In this document: piece after piece, positions 1 through 28,489 of the stretch | Layout of the letters: each line of letters begins with the position of its first letter | Position numbering within the stretch: position 1 is the first letter of the stretch | Source of the DNA: Hormiphora californensis | Lineage: Eukaryota > Animalia > Ctenophora | Assembly: GCA_020137815.1 (NCBI GenBank) | Contig: CM035358.1 | Coordinates: 806,001-870,000, forward strand | DNA: 64,000 nt | Reading direction: 5' to 3' | The notes under the pieces: generated by a model | Seen by the model: only the letters and a program-made list of their open reading frames with translations | What the model was told of the DNA's origin: nothing | The model's database searches: none | Program-made: the position numbers and the translations under genes

Positions 1-59
1 AAGTAAAGAGAGAGAACAACAAGTGCTATCCTTCTCCCTGGCATAGCTTGTGAACATCC

Positions 60-900
60 CTCTATATTGGTGGAGTGACATGCGTTGTTTTAGTACGGTC
101 ATCCCCCTACGGAATGGGAATTTCCTCTTCCTATTTACGCCCAATTGCCGGGATGTGGTGTATTGTAATAGGAAGTTGTTAGACCAAAATAGTCTCAATG
201 GGACCCTGCCCACTGCAGTTCAAGCTACCGTTAGCCCCGAAACCCTTCACTTGCTAGCATCAGGTAATCCCCTTTGAGGGCAATAAATCATATATTTTTT
301 GTCACAAGCTAGTTTTATTATGGGCCTAAAAGAGCTTTACAAGTTAATTTACAAAAGTATCAAATCTAGAACAGCTTTATAGGACATTCTCAACTCAAAA
401 GTAGATTATATTCAACAGACCGGTCTGAGAGATATCTCTCTCCAATGAGATATTACTAAGGAGAGTAGGGATTAGATATTTCGAGATCCTAAATCGAGCA
501 CTGAGACGAAACGTTTTATCCGACTTCTGACGTTGCATAGTTAAGGATTTAATACTCTGCTCTTGCAAGTTCAGATTGAAGAATAATTTAGTACCTGCTC
601 GGTTTAAATACCCATTACTAGTGGGATCCATTTCACTAATTGAGGGGTGTGGGAATTTCCTAGAAAGGGGACTATGGGATTTTCCTAGTAAAAGGAGAGT
701 TGTGACTTTTTGAACAAAGGAAATGAATTCTTTACAAGAATGCACCATCCATTAATTACAGTATGCATTTGTAACACAACTATGAGCCAGTTATCTAAGT
801 GGTTTAAGAGCCTTCCAAAGCCACGAGCAACCCAATCAAAGAAAGTGGTCAAGTTATATTTCTTTAAAAGCTTCAATGCTACAATATAGCTCTTTACACA
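60..900 (-). mobile_element. Possible decayed DIRS-like retrotransposon RT/RNase H fragment
   Basis: Broken minus-strand frames give HLDNWLIV ... KKSQL ... PFLG (like YLDDWLI...KKS.L.P...FLG). Near 250-265 there is a frameshifted DAS-K-GFGA (like TDAS..GWGA). Many stops. Confidence 0.3.
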
Positions 901-1086
901 TCACGTTTTCTCGAACGGGACTCATTATTTAGATTAAGAACGTGTTGCAAAGATGAAAAATATATAATATCAAAAGAAACCATACTAAACCTTTCTTGGA
1001 ATAAAATCCTTTTCGTTGAAAAACTTCCAATATCGTTTCGCATGGAATGGCTATCACGCTAGGTTCACGCCCTATTTCATTTTCAG

Positions 1087-18742
<17,656 letters not shown>

Positions 18743-20359
18743 CTTTCACAGTTCCAGTACCCCTGCTGCCCCGTGCAGTATTCTTCCACCCACTCTCAGA
18801 TGATACAGACTATAGTTTTCCATGTTACCAGTTTTCAAAACATTTAGCAGCAGCTTAATGGATTGACTAATTTATTAATTAATTGGTTAGTTAATTGGCA
18901 TGCTGCCTGCGGTCGGGACTTTGTGATTTGCGTTTTCCCGTAACAACTGTTTTTAGAGTTTGTATTTTTCACCAGCTAATGAAGTAAAACCCAAGCAACA
19001 ATAGCCCTCACTTGGGCGTTGTGATATTTCTTACGAAACCCCAATTGTTGCTTGGGTTTTCCATTAAAGTAGGATACATCACCAGAGACAAGAGAGAAAA
19101 AGTATTCAGAGCAATTAATGTAAGTCTACTGGGTAGACTGTACCCTTAAAATTTTCATACTTTAACTTGTCACGTAACAGACACTTTCCCTAATATTTTT
19201 CATACTTTAACTTGTCACGTGACAGACACTTTCCCTATTATTTTTCATGGACCCTCAGTTAATTTTTAAGGGAGCTTTAAATCTCATCCAATTTAGTAGA
19301 TTAGCTAACGAAAGCTTTAATGTTTAGAACCTTATTATCAACAGATTTAGGTGCTATTTATATAACAAAGACAAGATAATAATTGGGATTTTTTGAAAAG
19401 AGTTTAAAGTATTGTTAGCTTCTACTATTGGATGACCACAGTTAGTTTTAGTTAGTGTGAGTGAGATGTGTTATTGATCTGTCTGTGTGTTTGTCTGTGT
19501 GTTACAGATTAGTTTCACTTATTTGTCTGTTGGCCGTCACCCAAAGATAAACACTTTTTGGGTGGCTAATACGACATGTTTTTTTGTTAATTAATGTTTT
19601 ATTTTTTGTTTGTCTGTGTGTGTGATAAATGAATGATATATATCGATTGATAACTAAAAACAAAGTAAACAACTTTGGTTATCATTCGACAATTAGATTC
19701 AGTTTTGTTGATATATATTGTGAGAGTATATCTTGTTAAGTTATTGCGCTGTATTAATTGACCATTTGATCTGTACACTGAAAACTCGACTTGTTTTGAA
19801 GTATTACATAACTTGGGTACAGGGTACAAGCACATTATTTTGCTACTTTGGAAAACTAAAGCTTTGCTTTTTAAGCAGTTCGCAGAATCCCAAATGATGG
19901 AAAGTGCAATCCAAGAAACTAGACGATATCTGTACAGCGTGATGCCAGCTAAAATGCAATAACTGTGGTTTTTAGCACGACCAATTCAAAAGATGAAATT
20001 ATTGCCCATGTGCAGACCACATGATGTTATTGTATTGTACCCGGTACCCAACAATTTTCAAACACTGGAAATACTTTCTCTGATCAAAACCACAAAAAGA
20101 TGAAAGGTTTTCCCCATCAAATCACACTTTTCCAATCGTCCAACCATCACTCTGATCATCATGCAGCTATAAGTATACATAACAATATCTCACTCACTCT
20201 CTCTCACTCTTTCATCATCTGATTATGGCTCTCATTTCACCCCCGCTGCACTTTATAAACCCCTGCTGCTCCTTTCTCCCATGTCTATTCTCTCTATTGT
20301 CCGCTCGATTTGATTGCCTCTCTCCAGTTCTCCCTCCCACACATGTGCGTTCTACTTAG

Positions 20360-21841
20360 TTAACTGCACAATGTCGAAAGACGGGCTGTATTTCGAAATC
20401 CTGAGTATACGAAGGGTGATGGCCGGCCCTTGAAAGATGCTCCTGCCTTCTTTTTGCTTTTCGTTTCAGCCAGGTTGTATGCGTTGGGTCCGGGTGTGTT
20501 TTCCGTCCTTCTCGCACGGGGTCTACCCGTCATCTTGAACATGGGTGTGTTAGGTTTCTTGGCCAGGTTGTACGCCCCTGGTCCTGGGTACCCGTTATCA
20601 TCTCTCCGGGGCGGTTTAGATGCCAGGGAAAACTCGGGGGTGTGGCCTTTAGCTTTCTCGGGTCGGTAGGTATTTGGTGCTGGCACCTTACAAACTGGGT
20701 CCTTTAGCCGGGCAGCAATGCTCACTTTAGGGGCACTGTTCTTTGAGAATGGTGTTGGAGCCTGGAACTGGTGAGGTGCAGGTATATCCTTAGAGATGGA
20801 GTGTTCAACGTAGTTCAGAATGGTAGGGAAGGCTGGCTTACCCTTGGACCCGAAACTGTATGCCTTCTTGGCTGGTGGATCAGCATCTGTTTTGTAGTTT
20901 GACGGTCCTGGCTCCCCCAGGTCCGTTGGTGTGATGTTCCTAGGGCCCATTGACTGTTTTACAACAGTGGGCTTGTCTGAGAACCGTGGGTTGTAACTCC
21001 CCGGAGCAGGGGCACGTCTGTTGCTGGCCGGCCACGCAGGTACCTTACCTTCCCGTGAGATATGGAATTTCTGTCGCCAGGCAACGCTTTTGGAGACTCC
21101 CTTACCCACGGTGGTTCCTATATCATACGCTGGTCCAGGACTGTCCTCCACATTAGCCTTTCTGAAGGGTGTGTAGCCCACATTCCAACCGAAGAACCGA
21201 GGCAGGGTGATGTTAGTCGAACTGCATAACTCGTTATCTAACTTGGACGCCAGGGTACTGTGTGGTCCACGGATGGACTCAGGGGGTTCATACCCAGCTG
21301 GTCCGGGTCCAGCGGTGTCACTGGAAAGAGGCACAGGAACCCCAATTGTGAAGCTCTTGGACCTCTCATCAGGGGCAATGTAAGTTGGCCCCGGGGCGTC
21401 CTTGCCAACCGTTGTCAGGGATGTAGGAGGACGGTGTCCAATGCTAAACTTCTGGGAAAGTTGCCCAGTGTTTCCATACTTCACATTGTAACTGTTGGGT
21501 CCCATAGAGGGAGTTACATGGACATCGTGTCTAGGACCAAGGGGCCATGTTTTGCCCTGTTGTTTCAGGGTAAAGGTTTTCTTGTCCCACACCATGTCAG
21601 TCCCTGTACCGTACCGTGATGGTGGGGGTCCTACAGGTACTGGAATATCCTTAGGTTTCCCCACTATACTCCACTCCCCAGCTGCTGATTTGGGTTTCCC
21701 GCCCGATACGTAGTCGGAGGGACCTGGCATTGCCCGGGCATGGTTGGTCAGGAATTGCTTCTCTTCAGACTCGGGGATGTATTCTCCCATAGGACCGCGG
21801 AGAAATACTGTCCCGGTGGGCTTTTTGATTGTCGATGACAT
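20360..21841 (-). CDS. SHIPPO-repeat (ODF3/CIMAP1/STPG-like) ciliary microtubule-associated protein, 493 aa, intronless CDS
   Basis: About a dozen P(G/A)P..Y motifs (PGPSDY, MGPNSY, PGPTY, PGPAGY, PGPAY, PAPGSY, PGPSNY, PAPNTY, PGPGAY, PGPNAY), often followed by (F/Y)(S/T)(I/M/F)G.R/K-type motifs. Confidence 0.85.
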   Translation of the reverse strand: MSSTIKKPTGTVFLRGPMGEYIPESEEKQFLTNHARAMPGPSDYVSGGKPKSAAGEWSIVGKPKDIPVPVGPPPSRYGTGTDMVWDKKTFTLKQQGKTWPLGPRHDVHVTPSMGPNSYNVKYGNTGQLSQKFSIGHRPPTSLTTVGKDAPGPTYIAPDERSKSFTIGVPVPLSSDTAGPGPAGYEPPESIRGPHSTLASKLDNELCSSTNITLPRFFGWNVGYTPFRKANVEDSPGPAYDIGTTVGKGVSKSVAWRQKFHISREGKVPAWPASNRRAPAPGSYNPRFSDKPTVVKQSMGPRNITPTDLGEPGPSNYKTDADPPAKKAYSFGSKGKPAFPTILNYVEHSISKDIPAPHQFQAPTPFSKNSAPKVSIAARLKDPVCKVPAPNTYRPEKAKGHTPEFSLASKPPRRDDNGYPGPGAYNLAKKPNTPMFKMTGRPRARRTENTPGPNAYNLAETKSKKKAGASFKGRPSPFVYSGFRNTARLSTLCS

Positions 21842-21914
21842 GGTTCCAAACTCTAGAAAGAGAGATTTGTTAATTTTCTTCAGTTTTATTAATTCTATCG
21901 GTGATCTGACAAGG

Positions 21915-23742
21915 ATGGCGGCAAGAGTTGACGTAAGACGTTATGTAATGTTTTTTACTCGGGTAAGAGATGTCGCGTCTAAGGTAATTTAATAACCATC
22001 AAAATCTAGCACAGACAATCTGTCATATATGGTGTCAGAAATACTACATGTTAATCCTCCCGGGTGGGTTCAGTAGTTATAGAAGTTCAGAAAACTAGGA
22101 AAGCTTGTCTAGTTGAATTACAAACTGTAAATCTGTACCAGCAATACTAGATAGCTTAGTAACAGGAATCAAATAAACAACAAACAACCATTAAACGGTT
22201 AAACTGATGATTAATCCAAGTGAGATTTTGATTGTCGTACACTGAAAATCTCGATAGTCTATTGCTCAGCTCGACTATCTCGCTTAGCAAGCACTCGGAT
22301 TGTAAAACTTTGCTGCGGTAACTTGCAGAAAGGAAGATAGAGAGAGGAAGTGATAGAAAGATAGAGAGAGTTAGAGAGAAAGTGATAGAAAGATAGAGGG
22401 AGAGAGAGAAAGTGATAGAAAGATAGAGGAAAGATACATGAGATTGAGAAAAGCAGAGTTGGATAAATCATTCTTGCTTGTTATATATGTGTTCCTGTGA
22501 AAAATGCACATGCAACAGCTCAGATACCGTGTCAAGACAAGGCCGCCATTGAGCAGAGTCATGCGTTTCAAGATTTGAACAGAACAACATAAAGCCATCC
22601 TTAGGTGCAAAAAGAATGTATAGTACAGCACATGAGCTCTGAATGCATCATGTATTACCCTTCTACTCATTACGATCATGATTGCAAGCACCTCCCTATA
22701 ATATTCCTGCGTAGTGACTCTTTCTCTCTTTGATCTTATCCGATCTACCTGATCCAAGACATATCCAGCCTATAGTATGCTTCTTGAAGCATGCACTATG
22801 CAAAAAGGGACCATGCAGCAAGACGACGAGAAATTTAACGGTAGTGTGTCGTGTCCCTGCTCTGTTTATACTATGACGTTCTTGTTTCTGCAGAATAAAA
22901 AAATAGACCTTTGCACAGAATTTGGGTTTTCATGGCGTATGCTGTTCCAGATCGATACACAATTCTAAGATATGACAAACCTTTGAGCGAGAGAATATCA
23001 CGTCAACAAGCAGGCATTGATTGGCTTGTTGTCTTTAAACTTGCATGGTCGCTTTTGATAAACACTGCAGCAAGCAAAATCATGGATGAAGGAAATGTCA
23101 AATGAGAGCTGCTGAGAAATGGAAATGGAGTGAAGGATGAGAGCAATACTAATGCTGGTAACTACGAAAATGGGTTGAAACACTATCTTACCCAATTTTC
23201 TCTCTCACTCTCCCTCTCACTATCTCTCTCCCTCTACCTACATTCCAAAAGAGATACTTCTTCTCTAACGAAATAACGCCGGCTACCGCGGACTCAGTGA
23301 ACCATGCACTGGCGCAATGCTACGATCATTTTAACTCTCTCTCCCCTCCCTCTCTCTCTCTCCCCTCCCTCTCCATTTCTCACTCTCCTTCTCTCTCTCT
23401 ATCTCTCTATCCTTCTCGTTCTTCTGTTATTTCAATATCATCTCAACAAGTTAAACACCGCCAGGTAGTAGGTATTGCAGTGCACTTCTCGTAGTAGCAG
23501 TGCAGTATGTGAAAATAGAACTATACGGTACTTTCTCTGTCTATCTCACCCGGCCTCTCTTTCTTTCTCTATCTATCTCACAAATATCTTTCTTTCTCTC
23601 TCTCTCCCACTCTTCACGAGCATCTGCCCGTCAATCACTACTACCGGGAGGCCAATCCATTTAATCGGAGATTGGTGAGAGAGAGAGAGAGAGTGAGAGA
23701 GAGAGAGAGAGAGAGAGAACGAGAGAGAGAACGAGAGTGAGT

Positions 23743-23788
<46 letters not shown>

Positions 23789-24333
23789 AGAGCAGAGAGA
23801 AAGTGCTTAAAGTGCATGCATTGTATTGAGCGGTTACGTGCTCTCTGTCAATCAATTAAAATTTAGTTCCAAGGTGAAATTAGTAGATGATAAATGCCAT
23901 CAATTTCAACCTCAAAAAAACTTTATTTCTTGTAATATTCTGTTGAACTACTGCAGAAATCATACAAGATAAGATAACGACCATAAAGTAATTGCATTTT
24001 GCTATTCTCTGCAGATATATTCTGCCATGTCTAATTAGCGTAATTAAAGAGAGAATCAGGGAGAGAGAAATGAACAGAGAAAAGATTGATAACATGGTCT
24101 TCTGATATCTCTTACAATACTCTTGAAGTGTGGTCTCATTTGTCTTATTGAATTCGAAAAAGAACCCAATAAAAGCACCGATATTTTATTTTTAGTTAGT
24201 TGCCCAATTTCTCAAATTGTAGTTCCAGCCTGATGATGTTTCCATGTCCAGAGATGCATGTGAGGAGCTAGTGTTCGGAGATGGAAATTTGTCTGATAAG
24301 TACCGACCCAATTATTATACTGTATGCATGCAG
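21915..24333 (+). CDS. Candidate exons of an unidentified gene divergent from the SHIPPO gene
   Basis: aggATGGCG...MAARVD|gtaaga (21915-21932) and an open phase 0-0 exon 24223-24333 (FQPDDVSMSRDACEELVFGDGNLSDKYRPNYYTVCMQ). Remaining exons not identified. Confidence 0.3.
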
Positions 24334-24967
24334 GTTAGCCGTGTTTGAACAGGATCTGCGGGTCTCCGTGTTTGGATTCTAAAGGATCTTTATAATCCAA
24401 AGGCGGAGGCTGCAGAGATCCGATTCCGCCTTCATTTCTTCACTCTTCAGTAATATAATCGTGTTTACGGGAGATGGCCGAGGGGGGTGGGTGCATTATC
24501 TTATTAGTAATTAGAATAGACAGGAAATCATGCACCCCATCATATGATCAGCTATTTACTGTCTATTTGTATGATCTCAGTCTCTTCATTCCTCTCTCTC
24601 TTTACCATCATGTCCCCTCCTCTCATCCTCTCGTTCCACTCTCCCCCTTCCTCCCCGGCTGTACCCGATTATGTGATCTGACCTCTTTTCATATTTTCAG
24701 ATCATTTTCCCAAGTTATTATAATGGCTCGCGGATGTCGTTTGACAAAGACTAAAATCCCACCGTTTAGAGCTAAACGTGTGATTGGGGGAGGCCGCGAT
24801 TCTCCCTCACTCTTTCTCTCTCTCTCTCTCTCTCTCCTACAGCCTACTTCCTAGGAAGTGTCGCGTCGCAGCCACCTCCCACCTCCTCAAATAGGAGCTT
24901 GATCTTCACATAGAAAGGTCAGTTGGGAGAATTGGTCCCATCACACTAGTATAGTCTCCCACTAGGG

Positions 24968-25048
24968 ATCAGAATAGCTGGTCTGAAAGAGTTATGAGAC
25001 TGGGACTCCCGGTCTCATGTACCTCTTTCAGACCAGCTATCCTGACCC
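24968..25048. repeat. Imperfect hairpin / small MITE
   Basis: atagctggtctgaaagag...atgagactggga-c-tcccggtctcat...ctctttcagaccagctat. Confidence 0.7.
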
Positions 25049-26102
25049 GTTTACAAACATGTTAACATACATGTATAATATACATTGTATATGTACGGTC
25101 TTCTATCAAGTTTGCTTGAGTTAATATTATGAGAAACATGGTCGTCTAGACAGTATACATCTTAACAGCTGATCCCCTTCACTACACGAACAATATTGAC
25201 CACCCCTGGATCAGAGCGATATATAGATAATCGACCCCAGCTATAATTTCATTGTGTCGTTGTCACGAATCTTGCACTGACCACGACACATGTCTCTGCA
25301 TGTATCACTTTTGCAATACCATTGTACCACACCTAATTATAGCAACATGAGCTGCAATGATTCCTCTCTACTTGTTATAGCAGTTGTATCTCTGATTGCG
25401 AAATAAACAATACAGGGCCCTATTATTGCGAGATATCTCCACTTGTGTGGTATCCTGCGTGGTCCAAGTAGTTGATTACTACTTGCATGACAATATATAC
25501 CATTGTCTATTCTCTCGAGATCCGATACAACGTGTTGAGGATATATTGGCCAGCATTATTCCCCTTACTGATAGACACGGTGAGCGGCAAGATAAGACCA
25601 GACTCTGCACTTCACAACTGAGTGACCTCAGAGTATCCTAGGTCCAATTCTTGGTGATGAGATGATCTCATTGAGATCCCCTATTATGCTTCGCGGGCTT
25701 CGTTTTGCCGCGCTTCGCGCGGCCAGTGTAGGGGTGGCCGCGTCACCAAGTCCAATTCGATATCGTGTTGTTGGGGTGGAAATTGTCCTCGTAACTTTGA
25801 CAAAAGAATCTAGGATATTCGGTGATCCTGTATCAGGATATTGGTTATGGAGATTGGACCCCCCCTTTGTATATGATATCGAAAGGTTGCAGAATCACAA
25901 TTACAATATGTCAATGAGGTCTCTCTCTCAGCACGATTTTGATAAATGATATTGGTTTGCCCAAGGGCCCTTATTTCTTAGTAAGGATGACAGTGAAAAG
26001 GCAAATTAATATCCGCAAAACGACTTCTTTTGTTAATCAGGGAAATTAACCCGAAGCAATAACAATCTACTAGGCGTGCTGCACCTAGGTGACTTGGGAT
26101 AG

Positions 26103-26109
26103 TATAAAA
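26103..26109 (+). promoter_or_regulatory. Candidate TATA box upstream of the secreted-peptide gene
   Basis: TATAAAA ~675 bp upstream of ATG 26778, with an acceptor (ttcctatag) shortly before the ATG. Motif only. Confidence 0.25.
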
Positions 26110-26777
26110 CCTGCCGCAGTTTCCAATCTAGTTGTGCTCATGCTCAGTAGATCGCCCTTAATCAACTGCAAGTCCTCGCCAGATTTTCAAACTTGCTCTG
26201 GCTCAGGATTCTCTTTATCGTTGTTGCCTCCATCCCTTACTCAACAACTAGTTTAAGGCTAGACTAGTTGCATGACTTTCACTAGTTTCAAACGATTTGA
26301 GTGGGTTAGACTTAGATGATATTAATTCAAAGATTTGAACAAGAGGACACCAGAGTTAGATTAAAAGGGTAGGTTAGAGAAAGAGAATTTCAAATGTTTG
26401 TGAGCTAGTCTACAATTCAAGTTAGACGATCTTTAAATAAATACTTTGTGCCGGATACTGTTTAGATTTAAAGGGGTACATACTTTGCTTATGACCAAGA
26501 GATTCCATTCCAAATCTTCGGTAAAAGAAGAGACAACCACTTTTGCATGCGATATATCGTTTATGTAGACCTGTCTATATTCGTATTTAGCTTAGACCAA
26601 TAGACCACGATGAGGGTATCTGCATACAAATTGCTTGAAGCTGCCTATTATATTCAGTTACAAATGATACGCCTGTCATTTCTATGTACAAAGTTTTCCT
26701 GGATTTTTGAGTTGATTCAACCAATAGTATGATTTCACCCCACACTGTTTCCTATAGCTCCAGATATTCGATATACT

Positions 26778-27418
26778 ATGTCCACGGTGTTCAGACTCCT
26801 GATGATTGTCCTTGTGGCCCTTGCCTTCACCGTCACCCTCACCTCAGCAGCAGGAAATGGACCGGTAAGTGAAGAATTAACCCTTTTTAGCAGTGAGAGA
26901 TCAGTGAGAGAGAGAGACCCATTCCTTTTAGGGTGTGACAACTGCCCCACCATTTTTCCCCGCCCGGGTGAAGGCCGAAGGTTGGGGTTATCTCCTCTGC
27001 TTTTGATTGTCGAACATAAAATTAAGAGTTGTGATTTCTAGGAGAATGTAGTGGCCAATGATCTTCAGATTCCAATTAGACTAAAAGTTTTGGAATGTTA
27101 ATTAATTTCAGCCCTAAATAACCGTACGAAAATGAAAATTCCAAACCCCAAACAATCAAACAGATATGATCAATCTAGAGATTTATCCCATCCCCTAACA
27201 CCCCGTCTTCCATTGCAGTGCCCCCTCCCCTGTTTGAAACCCATCTTTCCATTGCAGTGTGCCCCTGTTTAATACCCTCCTTCCATTGCAGTGTGCCCCT
27301 GTTTAATACCCTCCTTCCATTGCAGTGTGCCCGATTGTGTAGTGGGGAGACACAGGTTGCCTGGGACATGAAGTACTGTATGGCCCGGTGTATGAAGCAC
27401 TTCGGAGGTGCACGTTAA
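26778..27418 (+). CDS. Small secreted 4-Cys peptide precursor (59 aa), CxxxC-x12-CxxxC
   Basis: Exon 26778-26864 (MSTVFRLLMIVLVALAFTVTLTSAAGNGP|gtaagt; signal-peptide-like) joins in phase 0 to exon 27326-27418 (ttccattgcag|CARLCSGETQVAWDMKYCMARCMKHFGGAR*). Confidence 0.65.
27208..27332. repeat. 34-39-bp tandem repeat containing a duplicated splice acceptor
   Basis: ttccattgcagtg recurs four times, with AG ending at 27218, 27257, 27291, 27325. Confidence 0.85.
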
Positions 27419-27857
27419 GTGCAGCACTCACCCACTGTGCAGTAGTATACTAACGAGACGGCCGCTGTGCAGAAGAGGAGCGCAACATCCCTCCCTCCAT
27501 CCAATATACCCGTGACCAGCTTTATCAGAGCTGTTCTTTTAAATGACAGACAGTATTTATTCCCAATGTATTTCTCAAAGTGCAGGGCTGAGAGCCAAGA
27601 TCTAAAATAGTTTGTTCTCACACAACTCTCGGGAAGGTGATAATGATAATGGTAGCGGAGTGAAAATTAACGTTTTTGTGTTCAAAGTACTCATGTTAAG
27701 TGAGGGCACCTCGCAAATATATATGTTTTAAATAGCACACAAAATACGAATTCTCCGAAAACTGTATAATTTCTTGGACTTTCTCATACACAACCTCGCT
27801 CCTTGTCCCTCAAGTGAGGGAGAGAGAGAGGGGGGAGAGAGAGGGAGATAGATAGAG

Positions 27858-27948
<91 letters not shown>

Positions 27949-28489
27949 GATGGCTGGCTGGTTCTTGGTATATTTTCCGTTCTAATTAAGGTAATCACGA
28001 ACTTGGCCAGGAATGCGTATAAACCACCGCTCTCTCTCCTAATCTACTCACTATCTCTCTTTTTCTCCACCGCCGCCCTCTCATTATCGCTCCTAAAATT
28101 TCGTCTCATTCTCAAAAAACTTCTTAATTCGACTGTCGACTATTATGATTATATTTGAACTGCAATACTATAGTACTGGGTCTATTAGATTTTCTCACGT
28201 ATAGCAGCATTCAAAGCGTATTCTGGTTTGAATGCTGCAGCAGCTGTTTTTAAATATCGCTATGACGTCATACGGAGCTCCTCGAACCGGTCGAATATGT
28301 CTAATATGTATATCAATAACATCATCACTTGATCCACCTGTCAGAGCATTGGCCTGACAGTGATCCACAGAATCATCACAATGTTAAAAGTTTCTGTGTG
28401 ACCTTGGCCAATTGGTTTCACTGCAGATCAGCTTACCACCGTGCACGTGAGGTCCACCCTCAACCCCCAGCTGTTTTGAGTTGACCAGT

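Noticed and set aside
22371-23195. Several 60-130-aa ORFs on both strands
   Set aside because: No recognisable motifs or consistent splice chain; possibly decayed repeat sequence.
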